64,000 nucleotides of DNA from Epiperipatus broadwayi (Eukaryota; Animalia; Onychophora): NCBI GenBank assembly GCA_028023455.1, contig JAQFVV010000008.1, forward strand, positions 15,996,001 through 16,060,000, read 5' to 3'. A model generated the notes under the pieces. That model made no database searches and was not told where the DNA came from. It saw only the letters and a list, made by a program, of their open reading frames with translations. The position numbers were made by a program, and so were the translations under genes. Of this stretch, positions 40,335 to 53,100 are shown one piece after another (within the stretch, counting starts at the first letter, position 1; each line of letters starts with the position of its first letter).

Positions 40335-43300
40335 TTATTCACTATATAATCTTATTCCAATCAGACTGGTCAATATACTACTGTTTTTTTTATTAGCATA
40401 CTGTCAGACAACAGTTCCCAACCTTTTTATAGACTAGATCATATTCTAAAATACTGATAAAGCAGTGCACACAATCTTTTTTTAAAGCAAATTTATAGTA
40501 TTTATATAGCACATTGTTAATAATATACAAGCAAGAGGAATTTTTCTTTTGTTTTTCCATAATAGTGATGAAGTTAGTTTTTAGTTTCTAAATTACACCA
40601 GTGATAATTAGCTTCTAAAAAAGTCTTCCGGTGCTGCTGGCAACATAAAATTTTAAGTTGTATTAAAATTTTTGATTATATTTGACTTTTTTTTTATTTA
40701 ATAATGCACAATTGTTTTTTTGTATTATAAATTTAAGCAAAATAATTGATTTTTAAGGTTTTCTTTTGCATAGGTACTATTGAAATAAGATAAAAAATTA
40801 TGCTTCCAAAAATATACTTTTAATTTTGTTTAATTTACACATCTAACAGAAAATATGTTATAATAATGATAAAAAAAATTATTAAATGTAATAACTAAAA
40901 TAATAGTCTCAACATTAATTGTCGGTCAGATCTTTGGCATTGCATTTCATTTGTCAGGGCTTTATAATTATGACACTATGATGATATTCCTGTCCATAAA
41001 CAATCAAGATGCTCATCGATGACTCATGATATGTATTGATTTTATAATATTCATAGTTGAAAACAAGGATTCACACAGGTATGTGGAACTAAGAAATGAT
41101 TATCTTGTATGCTGCTCTTTTTAAGAACGAAAACGTTTCTCTGACAACTAGATTCCAGAAATTCTCATCTGATATATAGGATTTTAGCATAATATTATTC
41201 TGAAGATTCAAATTTTGTAGCTCCTGCTCTTACTTGAACAACTTCTACAATGTGTGCAGCTATTTTTGTTATATTTACTTGACACATAAAAGGATTAATA
41301 AAAAAGGTAACCATAGGCTCAATGACAGTAAACTACTGAAATCTCAAATTGCTCCTGAAGTAAATTTTCTTCATATTTGGAAAATCAAATTGCTCCTGAA
41401 GTAAATTTTCTTCATATTTGGAAAATGCATGAGAGATTTCATCAGTAGATTGATGTCCATAAAGCCAGTTTTGTTTTAAATCAATTTACAGACTTTTATC
41501 ATTTACCTATATGTTTATCTTTTCTCTGCAAATCCAGATTTAAAGAATTCAATTTATCTATTATGTCAGTAAGAAAGCCCAAATTAACCAGCCAACAAGT
41601 CAGATAGTTCATTGAATTTTTATTTTTTGTGATCAAAAAATTTTTTTATTTCATCTATCAAACTTATAAATCTTATAAGAATTTTACTTTTATTGAACCA
41701 ATGTACTTCAGTATGCAGGATGAAATCATATTCTTTCTCTTCACTATTTGCTAATAGGGCTTTTAAAGTTGGTACTGTAAAGGAGTTGCTTGAATAGTTA
41801 ATTATTTTTGTAACTAATTTCATCACCTCCGAAGGGCAACACTACCACACAAAGCTTTTTGATGGATAATACAGTGGTAGGACATAAAGACTGGAAATAA
41901 TTCATCTTTCTTACAAAGTGCAATAAATCCACTAGTATTATCAACCATTGCTGGTGCTCTATCAGTGGTACAGCAGACAACTTGCGTAAAGGAATATTAA
42001 TCAATTTAATGTTGCGAATGTAATATAAATAACCTCACTCATTGTTAGTCCTTTGATTGATAATGTTTTCAGATCTTCTTTCATAGTGAAATTACTAAAT
42101 ACCATTCTCACCATAATTACTAAATGCTGTCTGATATGTCTTAATTTGTCAGATTGTAGAGAAAACCACTCATGTATTTATAAATCACTCTTAATCTGAG
42201 TTTGAATGTCCATTAAAATTGTTCATATATTTATCTTATAACAGTGTTATTTGAGAACTGTAAGTCTTGTATTATTAAGATAATCTCACTTTTGTTAAAT
42301 AATCTCTCAAATAAACAATCAGCACCAGTCAAAAATGCCTCTTTTAACAACTCACCATCCTGGAACAACTTGTCTTTCTTTGCTAGCATATGAGAAATTT
42401 TCAAAGAAACAATGATAGTATTTTTAGATTTTTCCACTTGCCTAGCGAATACGGATTACTGAGCAGGTAAATTTGACTATAACTTTATTTTTTTTTTAAT
42501 TCCTTACTATAGATTTCAGAGGATAATGTGTATTGAATGTTACATAAATTGTCTGGAAGTAACATTCAACGTTTTTTTTTTGGTACTGCAATGGTACTAC
42601 CGAAACATCTTTAAAATTAACAAAACAATATGATTACTCCCAGTCACTGTTAAAATAAGACTCATTGGTTTTTACTTGATCCACTCATTTTAGATTAAAA
42701 ATATATTTAAATATAAAGTTTATTTACACTGTACATATGTACCATATTACAAAATTAATCAGCGAGTAAATCAAATATGACAGCACAGGGTCAGAGATTA
42801 TGTCATTGGCACAACTTGTAGCAGATGGAGATGCATGTTATGCAAGTAACAGTTGATTTTGTTTTTCATATTACATTATTAATTGCTAATTTGTATTGCA
42901 TTGCTGTTAGCTTTAAAAACATTACACCTGCATTAATGATACCTTCTGTTTTTCACTGTTTGCATTGTCATCAGCTTTCTTGGTTTCTGAGAATGAAATT
43001 TGAATAAAATATTTTCTGTGGTTCTGAAATAGTAATGGACACACACAAATCAGTCCATGGGCACAGAGTTGGGAATCCCTGCTGTAGGACATAATGCTTA
43101 GGCCATACAGCAATATTTCCTACTCATTTTAGGCTATGTTTTTTCATAAGGTCTGAAGTTACTAAAAAAAATATTTGTTTTAAATAGATAAAGCCTCAAA
43201 ATGGTATCATTAGCACCCAAGGTCAAACTATATCTTTTATGGTTGATATCTAGTTAACTCTAACATAGTTCAAGCAGCAATAAGAATTAAGTGAGATATT

Positions 43301-44988
43301 GCACAAGTAATACTGAGGAATGGAATGCATGAATAGACAAATGTTCACAGAAACATGTAATTAACAATAGTGATTTATTTTACTGTAACACTATACAATG
43401 TGTATCAACATCACATAATAAGAAAATAACAATAACATTTAAAAAACAAATAATAATACCCCTTGATAAGGCATTTGGTATCCAACTGTAAAGATTAATA
43501 CATCACAGTTTATTAAAATTTATTTAGATTTAAAATAATATCCTTTATTCTAAATGCCTGATCAATTATACATTAAATACAAATCATTAGCTATTTATAA
43601 TCATGAAAATTTTTTTTTCTTTTTTTAACTACATGATTAACTAAAAATTAACTAAATAATTCTTAAGTAAATCCTTCTTTTGTTTACTTGCTGTTGTTTG
43701 TTTGTCCGTTTCTATATTTAGTTTATAATCTATACTTATTTCTTTTAGAAAAACAATGCAGTTAAGGGTCCATTTGAAGAGTGAATTGCTAATTATTACA
43801 AAATTTCCTGTTCATGAAATGATTGTCCTTCATTGATCATATTTATTTTGAAATATACACCTAGCAGTTTACAAAATCCATAAAGTTTTCATTTTTGTGA
43901 ATGCATAGTTTGAAGTCTTATTTTAGGAATTGAAGTTATAATTTGTCACATTTACAAATCCATAAGTCTGCAATTATGAAATTTTCATTTCTCAAAATCC
44001 ACTTTTAAAATTCTTTTTTAAGTCAACATCATCATTTATTACAATTATAAAATTTAGTTTATAATTCATACCTCAGTTTTGATTCTTCTTTTGTACTTTG
44101 TTAAACATTACACATACTTTCGTTTTGAATCCTACTTACTTCAAATCTACAATTAATGCCAGAGAAAGAGAGAGACCAATTGAGCAATGTGCATTTAAAA
44201 TTTAATTCAAGCCATTCTTACTAGCTGACATGAAGCTATGAACTGCCTTATCCTTCTATTTAATTAAAAACTGCTTCTAATTTATCCAATTATTAATTTA
44301 AAATGAATGTGATATATGTCAACTATCCAATGCTGTATGCATCAATATACTGTCTCTGTTTTTTTGTTTGAAAGTATATACTCCAAATAGCTCTTTTTGT
44401 AAAATGCCCAAGCAACTTCTCAGCAGCAACTGGTGAATTGATGACTGGAACACAGTAGCTGTATAACTAGCACACTCCCCTGACTTTAATTTTTCAGCTA
44501 TTTATCTCCGAGATAGTGCTTTTCAAAAAAACACACAATTATTGCAATTGAATTCTCCCTATGTGGCAAATACCAAACTAATAAATCATGTAGCCCATGG
44601 CTATGTTTTTTGTGGATCAACTTAATTATATAGCTCAGGGTTATAAATTTTGTTTTATTTTTTAATGTTTAGCCAACAGCAATGTTGTTTAAATGCTTTT
44701 GATTGCATAAATAATTAAATAAATATTAATTTAACATTTGTTTGCAATTTCACCCATGTAAAAGCTTTTATTGAACAAATGATTACAAAAATATTTACAA
44801 AAATATTAATTTGTCACTCTCCCCCCTCCCCTTTTACATATTAGCATACCAAATTAGTTGATCAACAATTTTCTAGTTAGTAAAAGTTTTCTTATATCAA
44901 TATTAACACACACACATATAAATTGGTAAACTAAATCTTAACAAAAGATACTTTTAACATTACAATAACTATTTTTATTTATATAGAG
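40335..44988. repeat. copy 2 of the about 2.1-kb duplicated segment (interrupted by hAT)
   Basis: Aligns by eye with 35185-37340 once 40409-43081 is removed. Confidence 0.85.
40409..43081 (-). mobile_element. decayed hAT (Buster/Charlie/SPIN-type) DNA transposon
   Basis: TIRs CAACAGTTCCCAAC / GTTGGGAATCCCTG; TSD CTGTCAGA / CTGTAGGA (6/8, with the empty site in the paralogous segment). Transposase remnants LAKKDKLFQDGELLKEAF and LHTEVHWFNKSKILIRF. Confidence 0.9.
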
Positions 44989-46609
44989 CAGTGTTTCCCA
45001 ACCTGTGGTACTTGTACCACTGGTGGTACGCGAGTTGCTGGTTGGTGGTACACGAAAAATAATCAATAATGGCGGACATAAAAAAAATTAAATCATAAAA
45101 ATATAGAAACGTTTTTTCCTATAATTCATAAAAATTATTTTAATTAATAATATTATACAGTAAAGTTGTTAATACATACAGTCGATAACGATCTTTAATG
45201 TTAATGATAAAATTGAAAGTATGATTAAGAAATTAGATTTTTGGAAACAATAATATATATAAGTATCGAAAACAATCAACTGGAAGTATTCGAAACTCTA
45301 CATATATTTTTGTTTGAAAATAAGGTTAGTCTGTCTCAAGATATACGAGAAAATATAATAGCACATTTAACAGGATTAAAATTGTCTTTCATGGAATATT
45401 TTCCAAAACCCGAAAACACAAATGATAATTGGATTTCAAACCCCTTCTATGCAGAAAATTTATAAAAAGCTACATCATTATCAATAAAGGATAAAGAAAA
45501 TTTAATAGAATTATCATGTGACAGAACTTTACAAGTAGAATTCAAACGACACAATCTAATTAATTTTTGGTTAAACATTAAAGAATATGAACAACTTTCT
45601 GAGAAAGCTCTTAAATTATTATTACTGTTTACTACGGAATTAGTAGGAAGAGCTTTTTCTTAATATATTTTTTTAAAAATAAGTATCGAAACAGATTGAA
45701 CGCAGCTGTAGACTTAAGGGTATACCTTGCATCTTTTGAACCAAATTTCAAAAAATTATGTTATTCGAAATAAGCACAAACATCTCATTAAATTTATTTT
45801 ATAAAAATATTTGATTATGATAAGAAAATATACTAATTGTTTTTTTATAATTTTGTGTTTTTATTAAAACCATTTATTAGTAAACGAAATATGACAAAAT
45901 AGTAGATAAATAATGAGTTGGATCAAGGTAAATCAATCTAAATTATTTAATTTGAAAGAATGTATCAGAAAAGGATCATACCCAGAAATTAGACTCTCAT
46001 TAATTCTTGATCATCTATTGTGGATTACTAGATGTAAGCTAGTATTTAATCATCAAAATGTTAATCCTATTAACTTCATGCTGAACAATATAAAGAAAAT
46101 AAGAACAAGAGATAGCCTGATAACCCCTGAGGTTATTTTTACCATGACTTGGGACATGCTGGATTTATCCTCTCCATGGCCCAACCAATAGCAAGATGCT
46201 CCAAAAAAGAGAAAACAGACTCAAATTCGGAAAAACCAAATGAAGGAATGAGAAAACACTTTGAACAAAATATGTACCAAATAACCTTTAATGTAATAAT
46301 GTAATCTTTAATAAGTTATTTTGGAAAAAATATGAAACTTTGAACAAACACATACATATAAATATGTTACAGTGAGTTTATAATTTCAGTGAGTTTATAA
46401 TCTGGCGTGACGTTTAGGCGTGTTACAATGTAATTTGTCTCATTATGAGATGTGAATACATACATGGTCATCCTATAATATATATAATGCAAATAAAATA
46501 CACTCGCAATAACAAATTTCACAAAATACAATCATTTTTACGAAGTGGTACAATTTAGCGTGATGTACTACCAAGTCGTACGTGAGCCAAAAAAGGTAGG
46601 GAAACGCTG
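44989..46609 (+). mobile_element. young non-autonomous Buster (ZBED5/FAM200-like) hAT deletion derivative
   Basis: TIRs CAGTGTTTCCCAACC / GGTAGGGAAACGCTG with a perfect 8-bp TSD ATATAGAG (44981-44988, 46610-46617). C-terminal transposase remnant NWISNPF...LIELSCD...FWL...KYRNRL. Confidence 0.92.
45895..46335 (+). mobile_element. 5'-truncated L1/Tx1-like 3' end inserted in the Buster element
   Basis: ORF 45913-46191 (KGSYPEIR...LLWITRCK) is homologous to ORF 548-958. Candidate TSD AAATATGA at 45887-45894 and 46328-46335. Confidence 0.7.
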
Positions 46610-47584
46610 ATATAGAGTATGGTACTATATTACAGTATGTTGGTAATAACAATGACAGATCATAAGCAAAATACATGTGTAAGAGAATAAACAATTAACA
46701 TTAATAAAAAAAATGAAAGAATTGAATGAAAAATAAACTGAATATGTGTTGCTAGAAGAGATGGCTATAGATGAATAGTTGAAGTCTTAAAACTTGTTCA
46801 CAAGAAATTATAAAATAATTTCACTTATTTCTTTATGCATTTATTTGTATATATCTATACAATATTATATATACAATGCAATAAAATAAAATTTATATCT
46901 AGATATTTTTTAAATTGTAATTGACCAGCAGACTTCGCCAGAGCTCTCTTCAATTCAAAAAAACTTTTGATAAAAATTTAAATTATCATTTTAATAGTTT
47001 TTAGATGTGGAGTTCTGATGAAGACAGCTGATTAGTTGAAACTATGTAATAAAAATATTAAATAAATGTTATTTAATCGCATTGTAAAAAGTGATTTTAA
47101 AAGGTTATTAAATTATAAAATATCTATAATAAAAATGTTCTAGAAAAAGGCTTCCGAGTAGATGTCTACTAGAATGATATGGAGAAAAGAACCTATGCAT
47201 AGGATGAAATAGATTAAATTTGGTGATTATTATGCGTAACACCGACAATATTTAAAAATGAAATAAATTTGCCACACACACACACAAAGATAGGGCTATA
47301 AAAAAGCGTTATTGAAGTGTATAAATTTAGTCTTGTAATTTAGACAGATTTTAATAGAAATAAACATGGACGACATGTTTTTTACCGTTAAATTATTTAT
47401 ATTTTATTAAAGGACGACATATGTTGCCAACATAATATAAACAAATAAAAAAAAAACCAACAGCTTATCATAAAACAAAATTTTGTCGTGGCTAATATTT
47501 TTAAAGACTATAGGAATATCGTGTGAATACATGTTTTTCATGCCTTCCAATAATTAGATAAATTTTAACTTTGTTAAAGCTTAC

Positions 47585-47762
47585 CTTTTCGATATTTGAA
47601 ACAAATAATAATTTCGTTATCATTCACAATTACAGTATTTTCTTTAATTAATTCACCTCCTCCACTTAGACTTTCTGATTGAAAATAATCATATAAATCA
47701 AGAGGTTTTAGTTTAGAAGAACTAATAATTTTAACGTAATTATTAACGCTAACAGAAGACAT
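47585..47762 (-). CDS. candidate first coding exon of a PARP14/PARP10/DTX3L-type protein (N-terminal RRM-like domain)
   Basis: ATG at 47762 then 59 open codons, MSSVSVNNYVKIISSSKLKPLDLYDYFQSESLSGGGELIKENTVIVNDNEIIICFKYRK, followed by a canonical AAG|GTAAGC donor. YFQS...SGGGE matches the PARP14-type YFQS.K.SGGGE motif (from recall). The neighbourhood retains CpG. Downstream exons were not found. Confidence 0.6.
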
Positions 47763-47769
47763 AGTTGCT

Positions 47770-47797
47770 GAAAAGTGAAAAGTAAAGGGATATTCCC
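47770..47797. promoter_or_regulatory. kappaB-like site plus IRF-E-like/polypyrimidine motif just 5' of the RRM exon
   Basis: GGGATATTCCC (47787-47797) fits GGGRNWYYCC. GAAAAGTGAAAAGT (47770-47783) resembles an IRF element but equally reads as a minus-strand splice acceptor TTTTCACTTTTCAG. TATAAAA is on the minus strand at 47924-47930. Confidence 0.35.
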
Positions 47798-48128
47798 GTT
47801 TTCCGTTTAAAAAAAAAAAAAAATTCCAAAACAATGTTATATTAAAATAAAATTAAAACTCGGCCAAAGTTCGCGAGAAAGAAGCGCCCTCTGAAAACTT
47901 TTTCTCTATTTAAATTAAAAGAATTTTATAACCTAAGTGGAAGTTTTTATAACATTATATAAAATATTTGAATATTTCATAATAAATGAAATAATGCTGA
48001 ATTTTAAAAATATTGCTGTGTCTTCAGAAATATTATGCTGATATTTTAATTTCCAAACGAATAAAATTAAATCTTGACTACTTATTCAACTTTAGAGCAT
48101 AGTAAATTTTAAATCTAATACTATAGTG

Positions 48129-50932
48129 GAGGGATGGCGAACCTTTTTACGTGTACGTGCCAAAAATTTCCAAAAGTATTTATTGAATGATTGGCGTGCC
48201 ATACAGTTATTAATTCAAAATATAAACATCTTAATTTTTACAGTTTTTTAAAAGTTTATAAAACAAAATAATAACAATAATAATTAAACAAAAATTCTAA
48301 AAAAGCTAAATAAAAGTGAACAATATTTATTTTGATGAGCACATGTTGAATAAAATGTAATAGTAAAAAAATAATAGTAATTAAAACAAAATTTTGGAAA
48401 TAAACATAAAATCAACATAAATAGACATTATTTAATGAGATTTTTGCTGTTGTACATTGGATGCCAAATGCTTTATATCTGGTTCACATTTTGTCAATTT
48501 TAATAATGTAGATGCTGAACTAGATTCATCTGTCATTCTATTTCTCAAACTGTCTTTAATTAAATTCATTTCTGAAAACAATGATTCACATGCATATGTA
48601 GAGGAGAAAATTGATAATATAGTGGTCGCTAATTTTTTTAAACAATCAAATGTTTCAGGAATAGCATTCCAGGCAGTCAATAGTTCCTCTTCAGCATTCT
48701 TTTTACATATGTCCAATAATCAATCATTTTCCATTGTTTCTAACTCATTCCTCAAATCAACAAATTTCTGTTTCCATATAGAACTGGATTGAAAATTGAC
48801 TGATTGCATTTCCATATTTTCCTAATTAAGCCATTCAAAATTTTCTAACTTGAGACTCCATTGATATTGTGTCTGGGTATAAAATAAATTTTGATGTTTT
48901 TGAAAATTGTCTGAACTGTGTAAATCTTAAAGAAAATTCATCAATTATCAATTGAATTACAGCACAAAAGTCTTGCATCAACTTTACATGATCTGGCTTC
49001 TTGTGAGATTCTAAATCACTCAAGAACTTTTTTAGATTTGGAAAATATTTGAAAGTGTAAGAAATAACATCACGGTTGAATATTTGAATTTAATTTCTAA
49101 TGCTTTGATCAAATCAAACATGACAACAATTGTCTTATTATAACCTTGCAGTTTCACTTTTAATTCATTTAGATGTGAACACATATCAATAAAAACATTA
49201 ATTTCAAAAGCCATTCAACATCCATTAATTCATTATATTTTTCAATGATTTTTTCATCGTAAAAACAGTCTAATTTCATCTAAACACTCAATGAATCTTT
49301 GAAGAACTTTTCTTCAACTTAACCATCGGACATTGTAGTACATAAGTAAACCATTGTATGCTGAGTTCACCTCACTCAATAAATTTATAAAATAAATTGG
49401 CTAACTTAGTCACAACAGTTCATAACATCATCCAGTGGCTTAAAATTGACCTTGTGCATAAAACCTGCTGATGTATAATGCAATGAAAACCCAAAATTGA
49501 ATGTCCAATATGGTTGGGTAAATAAACTGAGAAAACCATTTTCTTTTCCAGTCATACTTCAAGCATCATCTGTAGTTACTGATACAATGTTGGCAACATC
49601 TATTTCTTTTTCAGTGAGTATGTTTGAAACTTCATTGCAAATATCTATTCCTTTTGTTGTTGTTACTAATGAGCTTAAACAGATCAATTCTTTGATATTA
49701 TTTCCAACACAATAGTGAATAAAAATAGCCAGCAGGCTGATCCATTTATGTCTGTACTTTCATCAATGTAGAGAGAAATTAAACTAGATTTTATATCTCG
49801 TTTTTGTTGATAAGTTATTTTATTAGCCATTTGCAGGACTCTTTCTTTAACTGTATTTCTAGCCAATGATAAATCTTTTATGCTCTGAATAATTTTTGCT
49901 TTGTTTTCAAAATCTTCAAAAAGAACTAGTGCACATTTCATCCAAGCTTCTTTCATATATTCTCCATCATTAAAAGGTTTCCCATATTTGGCAATAACAT
50001 TTGAAATAAAAAAACTAGCAGCAGTTATATTTGAATGATTTTTGATAAATTTCATTAAGATGTTGAATGAATATTTATATTTTTAAATGCTTGGGCAATA
50101 TATTCTTTTTGTTCATCTTTACTTTTTTCACAGAGTGATTTATGATTGGTCTCATAATGCTGTTTTACCAATGATGTTCTCAATACAACTTCTGGAACAT
50201 AAAACACATATTGCCCTGGTGCCTTTGTTAATCATTTAATACTCATCAGTCTACCAATTTTGAAATTTTCTACTGCTTAACAATTTTTGTTTTTTTATTT
50301 TCACTAATCATATTGATATATAATGGTAACAAATTATTTAAAAGTAAATTTAAATTAGCTTTAATAATTTTATAAATCAAAGATTTATTATATGTTAAAA
50401 TATATTATTATCTTTACATTACACTTTTACAACAAAACTTCAAGCAAAAAAAAAAAAATGTTGTTTGATAGTATTGATTACACATTTCGTTCCTTTGTTC
50501 ACGATTTTGATTATGTTAAAAAAATGAATGGTGTCAACACGTTTAGGTAAAAAAAGATTAGGACAGAAAATAATTTTATTACTTTTATTTTACTTTGAAA
50601 AAAATTACTTCAAAGAATTATATTGGAATCATTTGACAGGTTGACTTAAAATATCATTCCCACCTATATATGTATAATTTTTTTTTTTCAAATTTTGTAA
50701 TTTATTGCTTCTAATCAGAATTGGGAATTGTAAATTGAATTCTAATATAATATTATATTTATTTATTTCATTTTTGGTTTACAGTAAATTTTTATTAGTA
50801 CAGATTTTAGCAATAAAAAAAATATTGAATAATTTAAAGAATAGAAAATTAGTATATGTAAATAGTTCGCATGCCAGTAAAAAATTCAAACATGCTATCG
50901 CTGGCACGCGTGTCATAGGTTCGCCATCTCTG
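48129..50932 (-). mobile_element. near-full-length decayed hAT (GTF2IRD2/EPM2AIP1/SPIN-type) transposon
   Basis: TIRs GAGGGATGGCGAACCT / AGGTTCGCCATCTCTG. Broken ORFs 49684-50055 (AKYGKPFNDGEYMKE...DESTD), 49032-49214, 48835-49023 and 48432-48716 (FSSTYACESLFSEMNLIKDSLRNRMTD). Eroded TSD CTATAGTG / CATTAATG. Confidence 0.9.
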
Positions 50933-51112
50933 CATTAATGTCATAATTATCCAATATAACAAATTAGTTTAGTGATGTAAAATTGTTAATTAGTTCTCCA
51001 TTTTATGATTAAATATAAGTTATTAGCTCGCTGGATTATATCCATTGCTTTTATCTCTGACAAAACACATCAAGCCTAAAACTTCCACCCACTGCTGGCC
51101 TGTGAATGGTGT

Positions 51113-51158
51113 AATCAGCACAATGTTTCAATGCCCTGCATTTATCAAGGCCCTGATC
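51113..51158 (-). ncRNA. decayed hammerhead motif (family E)
   Basis: Minus strand ATCAGGGCC TTGATAA ATGC-AGG-GCAT T GAAA CATT GTGCTGAT. Helix I (ATCAG/CTGAT) and helix II are retained; the core is mutated. Confidence 0.4.
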
Positions 51159-52269
51159 CTGCATGATCTACATCTTTTCTGAAAATCAAAAAATAAAATA
51201 TTTATCACTTACTAAATGCAACTATAATAACTGAAACACAGGTTTATTATATACCTGTGTCTATATATGTAATATATACGGTATATGAGCACAGATTTTC
51301 AGATGACCCATCACTCTCCACTCTATCTAATAACACTGATACACTCAAGCACATATATAAATGCAACTGTGTTTTTTTTTCACAAAACTATATAATATGC
51401 AGAGCTTATAATAATTATTGCATGACCTTATCTTTCTTATTACATTGCCAAATCCATATAATATTAATATAATCTATATTCTTTGTTACTTTTTACAATG
51501 CTTTTTTTTTGACAGTTTCAATTGCCCCAGAAATCTTCTTCAAAACTAGAACAAACACAATACAAATACATGAATATAAATATACATGCACGAACATATA
51601 ATTTTACATATATACATGCATTTTATTTTATAATCATTATTTATATACCCATATATATCTTTATATATCTCTCTATATAATTATTACCTTTTATATAATA
51701 TATACGTTTTACTTTTTTTTTATACTATATTTACCAATTAATACTTCCTATAATCATATATATATTGTGCCATTACAATTTGGTCACTAGTCAAATTTAT
51801 AGTAATGTGCATGTAAGAAAGTGTAAAACAAAATCATCATCACATTTTTATATAATCATAAATGAAGCTGTAGGGCATCCAAGTTCAAACCCTACAAGGT
51901 CCAGTTCTAAAAGCTTTAAACAGAGAAAGAATGGGTCCACAATTACATGCTTTACTTGTTTGTGTGTTGATAGAAAGGTAATACACACATTTAAACTATT
52001 TAATATTTAAATTTTCTTTAAAAAGCAAAGTTATAATGCATACATATAGGCAATGTATGTGTAAATTATTTAATTGTTTTATATTTCAAATATTCAACAT
52101 TTTAACTTTCTTTAAAACTAAGCTATGCTAGATCAATTCTAATATTTTATTCTATACTTCTATTTTGCTTTTCTTTAATTATAAGTGGGATTTAAAAGTT
52201 ACAGATTTAATTAAATAATTGGGTTATAATTACTAAGCTAGCAATTATATTATTTAAGGTTAGTTTATG

Positions 52270-53100
52270 AAGGATTTGAAAGAATGAAGGATGTGTGTAC
52301 ATTACATACAAAATTTTACATTTCCTAAATATTGAAAGAAAAGGAAGTATTAAATCTGTTAAATTATTTTTTTGTACAATTGTTTGTTAAAAGAGGAAAT
52401 CTGTTTAATCAGATATCAATCTTTGTAGCAATTTTTTTTTTGTAAATAATTGTTTTTCACTTTGGAAGCTTGTAATGGGTCAGAACTATAATTTTTTGAA
52501 ATTGTCTTATCAAGATCTAAAGAAGGAAGCTCAAAGATTTGAAGTGTTACCTGGATGTTAAAAAGAAAAAAAAAAACAAAAGAAAGGAAATAAGAATTGA
52601 GTCTATTTTTTTTTAAAACAAAAGTGTCTGGAAAAAGGATTGAACTTTTCAGTTGAAAAATAATATAGTTGAAAATAAATTAGAGATCTAATTAAAACAA
52701 ATTTGTCCAAAAATAGCAAGTGATGCTATCTCTGATTGGTTAAGTTAGCTAAAAATTGGATATAAAAAGCTGTCTTGAATTATTATTATTATTGTGATTG
52801 ATTCAGATTATTAAACAATCAAATTTGAATGTTGAAAATATAAGAAATGGCGGGCTAGAAAAATTATATGTATATTCCATTTGCTAACCATCTGGGGAAG
52901 CTGCACATCACATAGGAAAGAAAAGATGTTGTGTCTAAAATAATATTCTACACCTTTCAACTGACCAGAGAAATAAGATGTTTTTAATAGAAGGAAGAAA
53001 GCATTCACCTGCATTCAAAGAAGATGAATTAATCTACTGATAAATATTAATCATCAAGTCCAATTAATTGTTACAACAACTGATTTTAAACTCAAGAAAA
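52270..53100 (+). mobile_element. decayed Penelope-like element reverse transcriptase
   Basis: Ordered remnants DVCTLHT (cf. DV.SLYT, about 52287), MGQ (cf. MGS), YLD (cf. YVDD, about 52548), LNFSVEK (cf. FT.E.E, about 52640) and FKEDEL (cf. S...F..EL, about 53010). Confidence 0.5.

Noticed and set aside
41344-41425. Perfect 41-bp tandem duplication
   Set aside because: Simple slippage inside a dead hAT transposase.
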